Assembly: GCA_002269645.1 (NCBI GenBank)
Contig: NIVC01001557.1
Coordinates: 124,001-188,000 of the forward strand
From: Macrostomum lignano
Taxonomy: Eukaryota
Direction of reading: 5' to 3'
DNA length: 64,000 nt
A program made the translations under genes and the position numbers. A model generated the notes under the pieces. That model had not been told where the DNA came from and searched no databases. It was given only the letters and a program-made list of their open reading frames with translations. This document shows positions 25,410-38,017 of this stretch, piece after piece; positions within the stretch are counted from its first letter, which is position 1, and each line of letters opens with the position of its first letter.

Positions 25410-25733
25410 CTAAAAGTGCATTGGTTAGTTAGGTTTGGGTATATTCATTGACTGTTTTTTCATTCATTTTTTAATTCTAAACAAAAGCTTTAGGAATATC
25501 AATAGAACTATAAGAAAGGCACAACAAATCAAAAGATGAACAGTCGGTCTGCCTCCTAACAAAGGAAATAACAATTTTTGTGCTGAAAAATGAAAAGCCT
25601 TCAATCTCCGAAATGCAGTTTTTTCGGAAAAACCGGCCTTCTAAAATTTTCCAAGAAACGAGGTGTCCCGTCCTTCGACTTGAGTAGTCCTTGGTCGTTC
25701 AAATATAGGCAAATGAAAAATGTGATGACTTAC

Positions 25734-25865
25734 GTGTTTCAGGTGATGACTATGGGGGGGATAGCTGGCCTTGCAAGTGTCGCAGCATCTCTTGTGGTTT
25801 TCTTCTCCAGAGACCACCTGCACAAGCAGGATAGCGACAAGCGCTGCCACAATTAGCTTTTTCAT
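25734..25865 (-). CDS. TMEM59: TMEM59/BSMAP-like copy A, exon 1 (signal peptide + CCxxC..YP)
   Basis: MKKLIVAALVAILLVQVVSG signal-peptide-like; CAC|gtaagt donor, phase 0. Confidence 0.75.
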
Positions 25866-27179
25866 TTTCAGGCTTTAAGATTTTTAGTGTTTAGTCTTCG
25901 GCTGCTTATTCTAGTTGTATAAGGAAATATTTCTCACAGATGCTTAAATACAGCGGTATCTCGTACGACCCAGTAAAACAAAAAACTAGTTGATAACGAG
26001 GCCTTGAGGAGGGTTGCCGGGTAAGGGGCTTAGAAGTTTAACAGTACCGAGGGCGGGACCATTGGAAACGTGTTTAAGCAGAGATGGCCGAGGCAAAGCC
26101 AAAACAGATAACAATGGACTTAAAACAGTTAGAGGCAAATGAAATAATAGTAGGCAATTCATACCAGAGGCTAAAAGGCCCCAGTCCATCTCAGATCAAA
26201 GACAATGCCAAGGCGGTTGACAGGCGAAGGCAGCCAGGCAGAAAATATTTATTGAGCGAGACGCGTGCCTGCGCCGGAGATCTTCATGATGGCGATCAAC
26301 CCCGTGGCAACCGAGGGGTGGACAACCCGACGAGTACGGAAAGAAATATAACAAAAAGACTCGAGGCCCGACCCCCCCCCCGAATCGCTCTATAACTCAA
26401 CAAGAGTAGAACAGTTAATTTGAGCACTCGCCTCCGTAGCAACATACTGGTTTAGTGTTAAAGACCGGAAAAACTGCTGCATCCAGTGTCGCGGTTTACC
26501 CGTCCCGACAACAACAGGGAGGACAAAAATATGAAAATGCTATGAATATAAGCTGTCTCGAGCCTCTGACAATGCTCTCCTTCTTTGGAAAAATGCGTTA
26601 TACTCACTTTCAACAGCTATGTGTCAACGAAATCTGACCGATTATTTGAACAAACGAAAACTTTAGTAAAAAAGGGGAAGACTCAAGCAATAATAGTGTT
26701 AACGGTTCTTCTCACTTTGACACAATAACGCCTGTTCTGGGTGAGCTTGAAAAAAGCAGGGGCGCCGACTGCATGGAGCGTCGACTCAGGTTGTCAGGTC
26801 TCAAATCTCAGGTTGTCCTGGTCAGGACTGGCCGTGTTGCATGGCTTCAGGCGATTGAAATGCACGACCCGTCGATGCCGTCGAGCATTGGCCTCGTGCT
26901 GACTGCGGTAGGTAACCTCCGAGATCTGCTTTTTACTCCTAACGCGCCTCACTTCAACGCCGGTGTTATGGTTTAGAACCTCCGGGGCTCCGACCAGTTT
27001 TGGGTCGCCGATCCGGAGACTGCAAACGGGCTGGGATCTCCGACAGGAGACCTTAAAGGGTGTAAGATCTCCTTCGGAGACTACAAACGGTTATGGGTCT
27101 CCGCGATAGGAGATCCGTAACCGTTGTGGGATCTCCAGGGCATGTTTAGTAAGTGCGTGGTCATTGTTCAATACATGGG

Positions 27180-27423
27180 TGTTATTGCCACCTAGTTGAA
27201 TTAGCCTAGCAGGGCGGTGCCTGTTGCCAGCGCTCTCTCTCTCTCTCGCCCGCTCTGTCCTAATCAATAGCATCAATAGCGTAGCAATGTACATGTTCAT
27301 GAATGTACGCATCGTTCACTGTCGCCTAACAAATATATATATATATTGGGCCCACGGCCATATGGGGCCTTAAGCCTTTCGTTTCGCGCTCACACTGCCG
27401 CCTTCACTATCGCAGTCTTTACA
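27180..27423 (+). repeat. 5' LTR (244 bp)
   Basis: Differs from the 3' LTR by one visible substitution and by (CT)n/(TA)n length. Confidence 0.97.
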
Positions 27424-27463
27424 GTGGCATCGCAAGCAGAGCTTACCCCTACGGTTAGCCACA

Positions 27464-28300
27464 ATGGCGCATTTCATCTCCCTGCCACCGCCTGAGCAAT
27501 TCAGCACAAACACTGATCAACAAAACATCTCTAAACGGTGGACCGTGTGGGCCGATCGCTTCCGCGACTTTATCGACGCATCCGGAATTACGGCCGAAAC
27601 TCAGAAGTGCAAACTGCTGTCCTACACGGCAGGCAGGGAGATCGCCCAAATCGTCAAGGACCTGCCGGACGACAAGAAAGACAGCTTCAGCAACTTGCTG
27701 GCCGCTCTTACAGCACACTTTGACGAACGCAAGAGTATCGTCTTCGCCCGCTACCAGTTCAGACTTTGCGTGCAGCAGACTGGAGAGCCGGTGGACGCCT
27801 GGTACGCTAGACTAAAGGCAGCTGCTGAAGCCTGCGAGTTCTCCACCCTGAAGGATTCTCTCATTAGAAACCAGATCGTCGCAACTTGCTGCTCCGACAA
27901 GCTCAGACGGCGACTGCTCCAGGAGAGCAACATTGCATTGAACGATGCTATCAGACAGGCTCGCGCACTAGAAGCCGCGGAAGAGCAGGCCACAGCCATG
28001 GAGAGCAGCAGCAGCAGCATCGCGGCCATTCACAAGTCGGCATCAAACCAGCGCAGAGACCAGCCACAGCCAAACGGCCAGAGGCCGACATTCGCCTCCA
28101 ACACCACCTGCTACCGCTGTGGAGAGCGCGGCCACAGCAGCTGCGGCGCCGCGAAAGGGAAGACCTGCTCGTGATGCGGCAAGCCCAACCACCTCGCAAA
28201 GGCCTGCAGGCAACGCCGGCAGCAGAACTCTTCCAGCATCAACGTGGTTGCAAACAACACGGACGGCAGCTCAATCTATGTCTCGCCCGACACCTCACCG
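27464..28300 (+). pseudogene. gag with two zinc knuckles, interrupted by TGA at 28172-28174
   Basis: LIRNQIVATCCSDKLRRRLLQE capsid-like motif; CYRCGERGHSSC and CS*CGKPNHLAKAC knuckles. Confidence 0.88.
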
Positions 28301-31300
28301 AAGAAGCATTCACGATACAGACGCCGGCTGCGTCGTCAGGGCAAAGATCGGCCAACATGCGCCTGCAGATCGAAGGGAAAGAATTCAACGTGCTGGTCGA
28401 CAGCGGCGCGAGCTTCCAACACCTGCAGCACGTTTCCCTGCGTGGCGCCACCCAGCAGATCTTCAGCTATGGCTCATCAACACCGCTGCAAGTGCTTGGC
28501 CTTGCCGATCTAGCTCTCCGCACCGACTCAGATGAGCTACAAGCCCCGTTCTTCATCACCAAGGGCAGTGGCATCACTCTGCTTGGGCGCAACACCGCCT
28601 TCGACATGGGAATCCTACACATCCAGCAGCCGGCCCGACAGATCAACGCTGTGAAACCTCGTGACAGCGCCGAATCCTCGACATTGAAGAAGCTACTCGC
28701 CAAACACGATCAAAATCTGGACAACGACCTACAACCGGACTTACGGTTAGGCAACATACTTCGCGAGTTCCAGCCAGTTTTTGAAGGCCTTGGCCGGGTC
28801 AAGGACGTTGAAGTAGACGTTCGGCTGCGCCCCGAAGCCGTGCCAGTGTGCCATCCACCGTCCAGGATACCCGTCCACCAGCGACAGGCCGTCATCGACG
28901 AGCTACAGCTCCTGCTAGATGAAGGCATCATCGAGCGCGTGCATGGGCCTTCACCGTGGGTCTCCCGGATGGTTGTCGTGCCAAAGGAGTCTGGCGGCAT
29001 TCGCATTTGCCAGGATCTTCGCAATGTCAACTCTTTTGCCGTGCCGGAAAAGCAGCCGATCCCGACCTTCGAGGAAATCACTGACGACATGGCGGGCTCG
29101 ACCGTATTTAGCGAGTTAGACATCACGAAAGCCTTTCACCAGATCCCCGTGAGCCCGGAGTCCCGCCACCTCTTCACCTTCAGCACCCCGCTGGGCCTCA
29201 TGCGACTCACCAGGCTCAGCATGGGTTTCACGAACGCGTCGGAGGTGCTGCAGAGAGTCATGACGGGAGTCCTCAGCGGCCTAAATGGTGTCAGGTGGGC
29301 CCACGACGATATCACGATCTTCGCGCGCAACATGGCCGAACACAACAGCCGTTTGAAGGCGTGCCTCCAGCGCCTCAGAGACCACGGGATCACCCTTAAC
29401 CCCGATAAGTGCCGTCTCGCCCAACCTTCCATCGAATTTCTCGGAATGCGCATCAGCGCCAGCGGCGTCCAGCCAACAGAGGAGAAAATAAAGGCGCTCA
29501 AGGCCTTCAAGGTGCCCACAAACACATCGGAGCTACGCTCATTCCTTGGGCTGGCAACCTACCTGTCAAGGTGCATTCCTAACTTCTCCGACCTGACTCA
29601 ACCGATGCGAGAGCTGCTCAAAAAGGGCCACGTCTGAAGCTGGACGGACAAGCAGCAAGAAGCCTTCAAACAAACTAGGGCCGCCATTTGTTCGGAAAAC
29701 ATTCTGGCCTTCTTCGACGTCGACATGGAGACGGAGGTGCACGTGGACGCCTCGCCGGTCGGCCTCGGCGCTATCCTGAGCCAGACGGACAAGAGAGGAG
29801 TCCGCAGACCTATCGCCTTCGCCAGCAGATCGCTGACGGCCGTCGAGCAACGGTATGCTCAGATCGAGCGGGAGGCACTTGCTGTGAAGTTTGGCTGCCT
29901 CCGATTCGAGCACTACCTCAGCGGCTGCCCAAGGTTCACCATCGTGACAGACCACCGCCCGCTGGTACCACTCTTCCAGCCCGGGTCTCGGCCGCCGCCC
30001 AGAATCGAGCGTATGGCACTGAGAGTGCAGCACCTCAGCTTCAACATCATCTACCAGCCCGGGCCGCAAAACCCAGCCGACGTGCTCAGCAGGCAGCCGC
30101 AAATGCAGACAACCGACAACCCCGGCGAAGTGCTCGACCGGCAGTTCATCAACGCCATCGCCCTCGGATCGACGCCACAAGGTCTCAGCTTCGAGTCAAT
30201 CAAGCAGGCGGCCAGGCTCGACGGTGTCACTCAGGCAGCCATCTCGGCACTACAGACCAACCAGTGGACCAGCAACGACCATGAGCTCCGTGCGCTTGCC
30301 TGCATCCGGCAAGAACTGTCGGCCCACGACGGCGTTCTGCTTCGCGGTTCTTCGATCATCGTGCCAGCGAGTCTTCGGCGAGTAGTACTCCAGCTGGCGC
30401 ACAAAGGCCATCAGTGCTGGCGGAAAACTCTAGACCGGCTTCAAACGAAGGTGTGGTGGCCAGGCATGAGGGGCGAATGCCAGGTTTTCGTGCAAAGCTG
30501 CCTCGCCTGCCAAGCAACGTCGCCTAAAACGACCAATCCGCCACCTCTTCAGCCCTCGCAGCTCCCCGACGGAGCCTGGCTCGTCCTCGGCATGGACTTC
30601 TACGGTTCGGTACAGGACAAAATGCTGCTAGTGACAACAGACCTTTACTCAAAGTTTCCAGAGATCAACATCGTCAGTTCGACCTCCGCAGAGGCTGTGC
30701 TGCCACACCTGAAAACTCTCTTCAGCAGGTACGGCATCCCACAAGAAATCATCAGCGACAACGGCCCACCCTTCAACTCTGCAGAGTTCCACAGCTTTCT
30801 CGCTGAGCACGGCGTCAAGCACCGCCGCATCTGCCCGCTGCACCCGGAGGCCAACGGAGCGACCGAGCGCGTCAACCGATGCGTCAACAAGGTCGTCAGG
30901 GCGGCCATCGCCGAAGGCCGCAGCTGGCGCAGTGCCCTAGACGACTGGCTCCTCGCATACCGCGTCACTCCTCATTCGGCAACCGGAGTCGCGCCGGCCG
31001 AATTGCTAATGGGCCGGACCTTCAACGACACCGTCCCGTCGGCGCGCCCCTCGCAGCCCGTGTACCATCATCGCACACAGCTGACCCAGCGACACTCGGC
31101 CTACACCAGAGCGATGGCCAGGGACTTCAACCGTTCCCGGAGGGCCAAGGCCTGCAGCGTGAGGCCGGGTACTGCGGTGCTACGGAGGCGGAATCAGCGA
31201 ACGAAGACTCAGACACCCTTCGAGGTCGAGCCCTGGACCGTCGTGGACAGGCGGGGTGACTCCTACGTGCTACAACAGGGCGACCGCACCTGCACTCGAC

Positions 31301-31437
31301 ACCTGACGCACATCCGCCCGCTGGTGGCGGCAGAGGGCGCTGCGGCGAACGCGGAACCGACGCCGCCAGAATGCGGCATTGCCCAGCGGCCGCATCCCCG
31401 CGCGGCCAAAGACAAGCCAATCAGCTACAAGGACTGA
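28300..31437 (+). pseudogene. pol (protease, RT, RNase H, integrase) with in-frame TGA at 29635-29637
   Basis: LVDSGAS protease; PWVSRMVVVPK...RICQDLRNVN, LSMGFTNA and AHDD RT motifs; VDASPVGLGA and YAQIEREALAV RNase H; H-H-C-C finger, GMDF, SDNGPPF and ATERVN integrase. Confidence 0.93.
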
Positions 31438-31541
31438 TTTGGGGTTGGGGCTGATTAAGGACTGGAACTATTGTACGAGTACTTCGATGACTGTCATTCG
31501 AGCTTTTATCCCCTCTTTGTTTCTTTCTGCTTTGGGAGAAG

Positions 31542-31787
31542 TGTTATTGCCACCTAGTTGAATTAACCTAGCAGGGCGGTGCCTGTTGCCAGCGCTCTCT
31601 CTCTCTCTCTCTCGCCCGCTCTGTCCTAATCAATAGCATCAATAGCGTAGCAATGTACATGTTCATGAATGTACGCATCGTTCACTGTCGCCTAACAAAT
31701 ATATATATATTGGGCCCACGGCCATATGGGGCCTTAAGCCTTTCGTTTCGCGCTCACACTGCCGCCTTCACTATCGCAGTCTTTACA
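31542..31787 (+). repeat. 3' LTR (246 bp)
   Basis: See 5' LTR. Confidence 0.97.
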
Positions 31788-32129
31788 ATGGGGAATACTT
31801 GATTTCGAAGTAGCCATTCGACTATTAGAAAGTAAGAAAATCCCAAACTGAAAATGGCTCATTCCTTCCGCCGTCAAATTACGCGATTAAAACATTCGAC
31901 TTACGAGTACATGTGTGTAAGACTAAAAACAAGTCTAACCAAGTCTAAATTTAGCCCCACTTGATTGATGGCTGTGTGAAAGGGCCGTATGAACTAAATG
32001 GATGAACTTATCGAAAGAGTTGCGCAAGCTAGGCTGCTCACATGCTGGGCTTTTGAAATTGTAAAATCGCGTAATTTTTCGTGTTGGATCTCCGGGCCGG
32101 AGATCCTTAACCCCGGAGAACAGATCGAA

Positions 32130-32815
32130 ACCCTAACACTGGATTATTCAAGCAGACCAGTTGCGCCGCCTTCAAGTTTTGTCGCGCCTTTTCGTGCGAT
32201 GTCTGCAGCCGGCTCCGCAGCTTGGCCACCCATTCACACGGACGTTGCTCATCCGGCGCCAGACCTCCGTAGTCCAGTGGTGGCCGCAGTTCTCGGCCGA
32301 AATGAATGCCCGAAGGTGGTAGCCCATCAGTGCAATCTGCTGATGAAGATCCCAGTCTCGCTGATTCTCGTTCACCCATGCTCGCAGCGACCGCAATTGC
32401 TTGCATAGGTGCTCGCAACTTGTGCAAGCACCTAGCGTCCGGTTCATCCGTTCTCCACCGCCGTCTCCTTCAGAGTGGTATGCACCGACTGCGGGATTCC
32501 CGAAGCGAGCCAACCACTCGTTGACAAACGTCCGGGCTGTGAGCTCAGCGTCTTAAGACGGTAGTGGAAAGGCCTCAGTCCACTTGCTGAAGGTCTCGAT
32601 TCCAGGATTGACTGAATTTCCACGATCGGTCCTCGGCAGGCCCACCATGAAGTCCATTTCCAGTGGCTGGCCAACGCTGCCGACCGCCATGCTCTGTAGA
32701 GGCGCCCGCTGACAGCAGTTGCCGCATCTGCCTTTTCCGGTGGTTGACCGTCTCGCAAACAGTTCGGCAGCTGCAGCCTGTGCCTCTGCCTGTGCTCGTG
32801 GAATCGCGCTGTCGT
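32130..32815 (-). mobile_element. Decayed Gypsy integrase fragment from an older element
   Basis: Frameshifted pieces MDFMVGLPRTDRGN, ETFSKWTEAFPL, GERMNRTL, NQRDWD and EWVAKLRSRLQTSHEKARQNL. Confidence 0.8.
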
Positions 32816-33439
32816 TGTAGAGAGCCGTTATAGTCATACCGTAATGCACTACGTAAAGTAATATATTTTTTTCTAAGAAAATTGTCTATCTACATGTATT
32901 TTAGAATGAGTCATATCTATTTTAAGAATATCGATTTTAGAATGAGTCAAGTGTATAAACAGAAGTGACTCAGAACCCCACGTAGGACCAACGTTTTTTT
33001 GATCAAGGAACCGATTTTCAACAGCTATATTTGTTTAATTCCACGTAACTCAAACTCAAACATTTATGAACCACACTTAGTCAAATACGTATGACCTAAG
33101 TAAATAACCGATTCTAAACCAGTTTTCCCTCGAAATTTTACTATAAATATTATCGAAAATCCGAGTCAAAACTTCAGACTCGGAGCGGTCTCTGAGAAGA
33201 AATCCTGACCGATTGGTAAGCGTTTACCCGATTTAGTTCTAATTTGCTACAGCGTTTACAATTGTTGATTAATTGAGTTTACGAGAGCCGCGCGTTTATT
33301 GTCGACACATCTGAGAAAGGCCTTCTGGTTTCCTAGGATAAATTTCTAGAGGATTAATTGATTAATTTGAGTTATCCGTTACGTTTCGGACGTAACGAAG
33401 AAGACGCGCCCTTCAGGAGGACCTATTTGGAGAAACTCA

Positions 33440-33625
33440 GAGAGTTAAATTGTTTATTAGGGCGCACGTTCTAAATTTGTTAATTCCGAGCTCGAGGACC
33501 GGCAAGAAATTCTGATTCGCTCTCGTTTTTTGGACGACCTACAGATAAAGTCAAGGTCTCCAGGAGACAACAGCTGTTCACCGAAACCGGCCGCCGCTAC
33601 CGCTCAACGAAGCTTAGCTAGCTAA
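33440..33625 (+). mobile_element. Possible decayed gag-like remnant
   Basis: ELEDRQEILIRSRFLDDL resembles the retrotransposon gag LxxxF-xxGL motif; short and stop-ridden. Confidence 0.25.
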
Positions 33626-34194
33626 GCCCCACAATCTACAAGACTCAGACGTCTACAGACCGCAAGAGGATCCGCTGCAGTAAGAGTTACTTGATTTTGC
33701 ATGTGCCTAGGCACTTGTCCCCAGTGTCTAGAAGTGGGAGTTTTCGAGTGACTGACAACCACTCTTAAACTCTTCATCGTCACTGAACTCAACAGCGAGC
33801 GCAGAGCCACTGCACAAGCAAGGTCCTTTTTGACACGGTTGCCGACTAAGTGTGTCTGCATTTCCAGTCTCTCGCCCTTGCGGTACCCCGTCTGGTAGTC
33901 GGATTTGCTTAGTTTATCCCGCCACCATCGCAGCACGTATCAGTAATACGTAGTGTAAATCTCTTTCCCAACAAGTATACAAAAACAATGCAATCTTAAC
34001 AAACGTATAGTGACATCGCCCCAATATCAATCGGCGATATATCGCCCCATACAGCCCGCGGCGGGGAGTGAGCGATATCGATGCGATTCTTTTGGTTACG
34101 TGGGTCATTACGTTTTCAACCTTTTCCCAGTAAAAAATACTGGATACAAAAGGTTTGAAGTGTTGTACGAGAAGGACAATGGGTTGATTTGGGT

Positions 34195-34680
34195 TTGATG
34201 ACTTTGGGTGTTGGCTGATTTGGGGTGCTGGGTGTTTTGGGGCGTTGAGTGATTTGGGGTGTTGGGTGATTTGGAGTGGTGGGGGATTTGGGGTGGTTAG
34301 TGATTTGGGGTGGTGGGTGATTTGGGGTGGTGGGTGATTTGGGGTGGTGGGTGTTTTAGGGCGTTAAGTGATTTGGGGTGGTGGGTGATTTGGGGTGGTG
34401 GGTGTTTTGGGGTGGTGGGTGTTTTGGGGTGGTGGGTGATTTGGAGTGGTGGGGGATTTGGGGTGGTTAGTGATTTGGAGTGGTGGGTGATTTGGGGTGG
34501 TGGGTGTTTTAGGGCGTTGAGTGATTTGGGGTGTTGGGTGATTTGGAGTGGTGGGGGATTTGGGGTGGTTAGTGATTTGGGGTGGTGGGTGATTCGGGGT
34601 GGTGGGTGATTTGGGGTGGTGGGTGTTTTAGGGCGTTGGGTGATTTGGGGTGGTGGGTGATTTGGGGTGGTGGATGATTT
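34195..34680. repeat. G/T-rich minisatellite (GGGGTGGTGGGTGATTT)n
   Basis: Direct reading. Confidence 0.93.
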
Positions 34681-35087
34681 ATGATAGAGGGTTATTTGAA
34701 GTGGCGGTCAGTTTTCGGTGAGCGTTTTCAAGTAGTGCACGCTGTGGTTTGATTACCTGCATTTTTTTCAGAAAAACGAGCAAGTCTGCTTAACAGCAGC
34801 TGAATCACAATGACAGATTTAGACAACCAAAATACCTATATGAGCTTGCATCTTTATTTTGCGAGTATGTTACTAAACAACACGTGATGATCACGGCAAA
34901 ATGTATTGCTTGTTTATAGTGATGTTCAGCTATTTCTCCTATCAGTGATCATTCAAAACAAGTTAAACGACGCGTGATTGAATTTTGGTTAATGCAGGCT
35001 GTTTAACTAAATTTAAACTTTGTAATAAACGTCAAAGATTATTACAGTTTATATTGCTGGCTTAATTGGAATTGGACAGAGACAGAA

Positions 35088-35283
35088 CTACCGAGACTTT
35101 GCCGTCATGTCAGCGATATACTGGTGTGCGGACTGCAGAACCTCGATGCTCTCCTTGAACTTCACCAGCTCTTTGGCCCGCTCGATGCTGCACCAGGCGA
35201 AGTCTTTGTGCTCGTCCGACAGACGGATCGGAGCGTCCGGGTTCGACATCTGGCCGAGGTAGTAGGTCACCGACTTCTGCTTG
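35088..35283 (-). CDS. NUDT2: Ap4A hydrolase, exon 2
   Basis: KQKSVTYYLG...IRLSDEHKDFAW...LVKFKES. Spliced product is 147 aa, the known length of human NUDT2. Confidence 0.93.
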
Positions 35284-35286
35284 CTA

Positions 35287-35432
35287 GTGTTTTGGGTGGT
35301 GGTGTTTTGGGGTAGTGGCGTTTTGGAGTGGTGGTGTTTTTGGGGTGGTGGTGTTTTTGGGGTGGTGGTGTTTTTGGGTAGTGGTGTTTTTGGGGTGGTG
35401 GTGTTTTGGGGAGGTGGGTGATTTGGGGTGGT
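35287..35432. repeat. G/T-rich array filling the NUDT2 intron up to the acceptor
   Basis: Direct reading. Confidence 0.9.
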
Positions 35433-35519
35433 GTTCAAACATTGTAGTCGGGGGATTCTACAAGGGCAGTCTGTGCATGTACATAAGCGATTCCCCAATT
35501 CGCCAGCACCAGCACGAAC

Positions 35520-35767
35520 CCGAAGGCGACGTAGCTGACGGCGTGAACCCAGTCCGGCACCAGCCGATAGTCCGCCCCCTCTTTCAAGCCGCACTCCTCC
35601 ACAGTCTCCCTGATGGCGCACTGCCGCAAATCTTCCCCGGGATCCACGTGACCTTTAGGCGGAGTCCACAGTCCCTCCTCGATGGTGGCGTGCAGCAGCA
35701 GGTACTGCACTCCCGCCGACACTGTGCGGTAGATCACGATTCCCGAGGCCGCCACGGCAGGAGACAT
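35520..35767 (-). CDS. NUDT2: Asymmetrical Ap4A hydrolase (Nudix), exon 1
   Basis: ASGIVIYR...YLLLHA...WTPPKGHVDPGEDLRQCAIRETVEECG: Nudix box in the NUDT2 context. GG|gttcgt donor, phase 2. Confidence 0.93.
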
Positions 35768-36334
35768 CGCTGGCTAAATTTCGGGAACAGCTGAAGTAGG
35801 TACAAGCAATTTTACAGGCTCAGCCGATAGTTTATTGACAATATTCGCTAATTGCCTACTTTAAGTAGAAAACTGCCCTCGTGAACTTAACGGTAGAATA
35901 ATTCCAGCTGTTTAGATTGTAATCAGGTGATTTTCCTGCACTTTTGGTTGAATTGTTAGGCCAGACGCGCAGATGTAAGCGGACACCCACGGAGCAGAGC
36001 TAATGCACTGGTGCGAGTACTCTACCAAAGACCACTAGGAACACTTCGTCTAGAAGTCCTTGGTACTAACTAACTGAAGTCGGGTTTGTACACTTTGGTC
36101 AGAATATTTAGCCGAGTGGCCTACAGTTACGTAAACTTCGCCATACGTACGGGCGCAGTTTAGGAAAGCTTGATTTAAAATTTGCATATAGAATTAGCTA
36201 AACTAATTCGCAATGCTAAGCTGTTTAATGACGCACCAAATACCTTATAAAACATTTATGCTAGCCCAAATTAAAAGCATTTAACTCAACATTTGTGAAC
36301 TCATGAATTTCACAGAATGCCGCATCTTGATCCA

Positions 36335-36625
36335 ACACAGTCCCACACCCTGACTGCAATATCCTACACAGTCCCACACCCTGACTGCAATATCCTACAC
36401 AGTCCCACACCCTGACTGCAATATCCTACACAATCCCACACCCTGACTGCAATATCCTACACGATCCCACACCCTGACTGCAATATCCTACACAGTCCCA
36501 CACCCTGACTGCAATATCCTACACAATCCCACACCATGACTACAATATCCTACACAGTCCCACACCCTGACTGCAATATCCTACACAATCCCACACCCTG
36601 ACTGCAATATCCTACACAATCCCAC
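36335..36625. repeat. 31-bp minisatellite (CACAGTCCCACACCCTGACTGCAATATCCTA)n, ~9 copies
   Basis: A single diverged unit is present at the paralogous site ~19150-19190. Confidence 0.93.
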
Positions 36626-38017
36626 CCCTAACACAAATCACGCATAAAAGTCAAACTAAAAGCTAAAAATCTAAAATCAGTAGCAAATGAAAATAAGTCA
36701 GAGTCGGCAGCACACAAAAGGTGCATGCGGTATTTTTGAATATTAGGACAGGCGATATCGGTGGCGATGTTAGAAGGTGCTGCATACAAGTAACTGTAGG
36801 GACATATCTTTAGTATTAAGTGGATATTGATTGTTATATATTGTTAATTTTCGAATATTTTTTGACAAGTGCCACACACAGAGATAAAAGTAGTCAAAAC
36901 GACATTTTATATTATCATTTAGAAAGCGGGTGCTCTCCGGGCTCGCACTGCTGCAGACTGCTTTAGCAAGCCAACTAAAGGATCTCTAGGACAAACGCAA
37001 AAGCAGTTTCGTTTGCCTCCCTGCATCGAAGCTTGCATGGTTTTTGAAGCATAGCAACGCCCAGACCCCCTGTAGTGCAGGCCTGGTTATTGTACAGGGG
37101 ATCTCACGGGTCTGTCCTCCTCTGCTTGATTATCGATCCCCGCTGACTCCCTCTTCCCCAGGTTGTCCCGCCTCTGCTCTCCCCGTCGCGAGAGAGAGAG
37201 AGAGACAGAGAACCTCTGCCCACGTTGATGAACCCTCAGCAGCAGCCCTAGCAACCAGCATGCAGCATCGCAGATGGGGAAAATGTATTAAAAAAACGAT
37301 GGCCTCATAAAAAAAGAGAAATAGAACGCGCGGGAATAAAGAAAATTCTAGAACTGAATAGCAACTTATACAGTTTTACTGAATTATGAAAAAAAAACTG
37401 AAAAAAATAGGAATCATTTGCAAAGAAAAAAATTAAAATGATAAAACTGCGCTTACTGAACTGAAAGGATTGCTAATCTAGCAATCTCTCTCTCTCCGAA
37501 ACAAAAAACCATAAGCGCTACCAAAATTTAAAAGAAAAAAACACACATCTAAAAGTTGTTGCTTGCTAAACTGATCAGCTGATAAGAGCAGCGCACAGAG
37601 AGGCGAGGATGTTGGCGATCGATTAGTTATTAATAATAATTATTATTAACGATCTTGAGTAACTAAGGGCACTGGGATTATGGTAGATAATTATTGACAA
37701 ACACTTTTGTACATGCAGGCTGATGACGCTCAGGTTTTGATCGAGTAGAGATCGGAAAAAATTAAGTAAAATAAAAACACGGAGAAATGATAAACACGGA
37801 GGCTTCGATATTAATAATTATAATTAATTGATCAATGTTTTGCCAATTTCCTTTAAAAAAGACAGAAAAAAGTTTCTTGCAGATTTGAAAAGAAAAAATA
37901 TTTAAATTTTATCTTGTTCAGTTTTTAACAAAAATGACCGGCTAAAATGTTTTTTTTTTCAAATCGACTCCTCCCCAGTCCAGCTTCTATTCTTCATCTC
38001 GAGGCTGCTCACTGTTC

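Larger units (their letters stand above)
27180..31787 (+). mobile_element. Full-length Ty3/Gypsy (Mag/K02A2.6-like) LTR retrotransposon, recent but mutated
   Basis: TG...CA LTRs at 27180-27423 and 31542-31787; 5-bp TSD ATGGG (27175-27179 and 31788-31792); PBS-like TGGCATCG after the 5' LTR; short PPT GGGAGAAG; domain order gag-PR-RT-RH-IN. Confidence 0.97.

Noticed and set aside
26995-27140. CRISPR array interpretation of palindromic repeats with spacers
   Set aside because: Eukaryotic context, spacers only ~14 nt and mutually related, repeats degenerate, no cas genes. Kept as a hairpin array instead.
28172-29637. Selenocysteine or programmed read-through at the retrotransposon TGAs
   Set aside because: Positions correspond to R- or W-like residues, not Cys, and no SECIS was recognised; point mutation is simpler.
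33378-33425. Third hammerhead candidate (minus strand CTGAAGG...CGAAACGT)
   Set aside because: Core deviates (CUGAAGG) and no stem I forms; better explained as the simple hairpin CGTTACGT-ttcgg-ACGTAACG.
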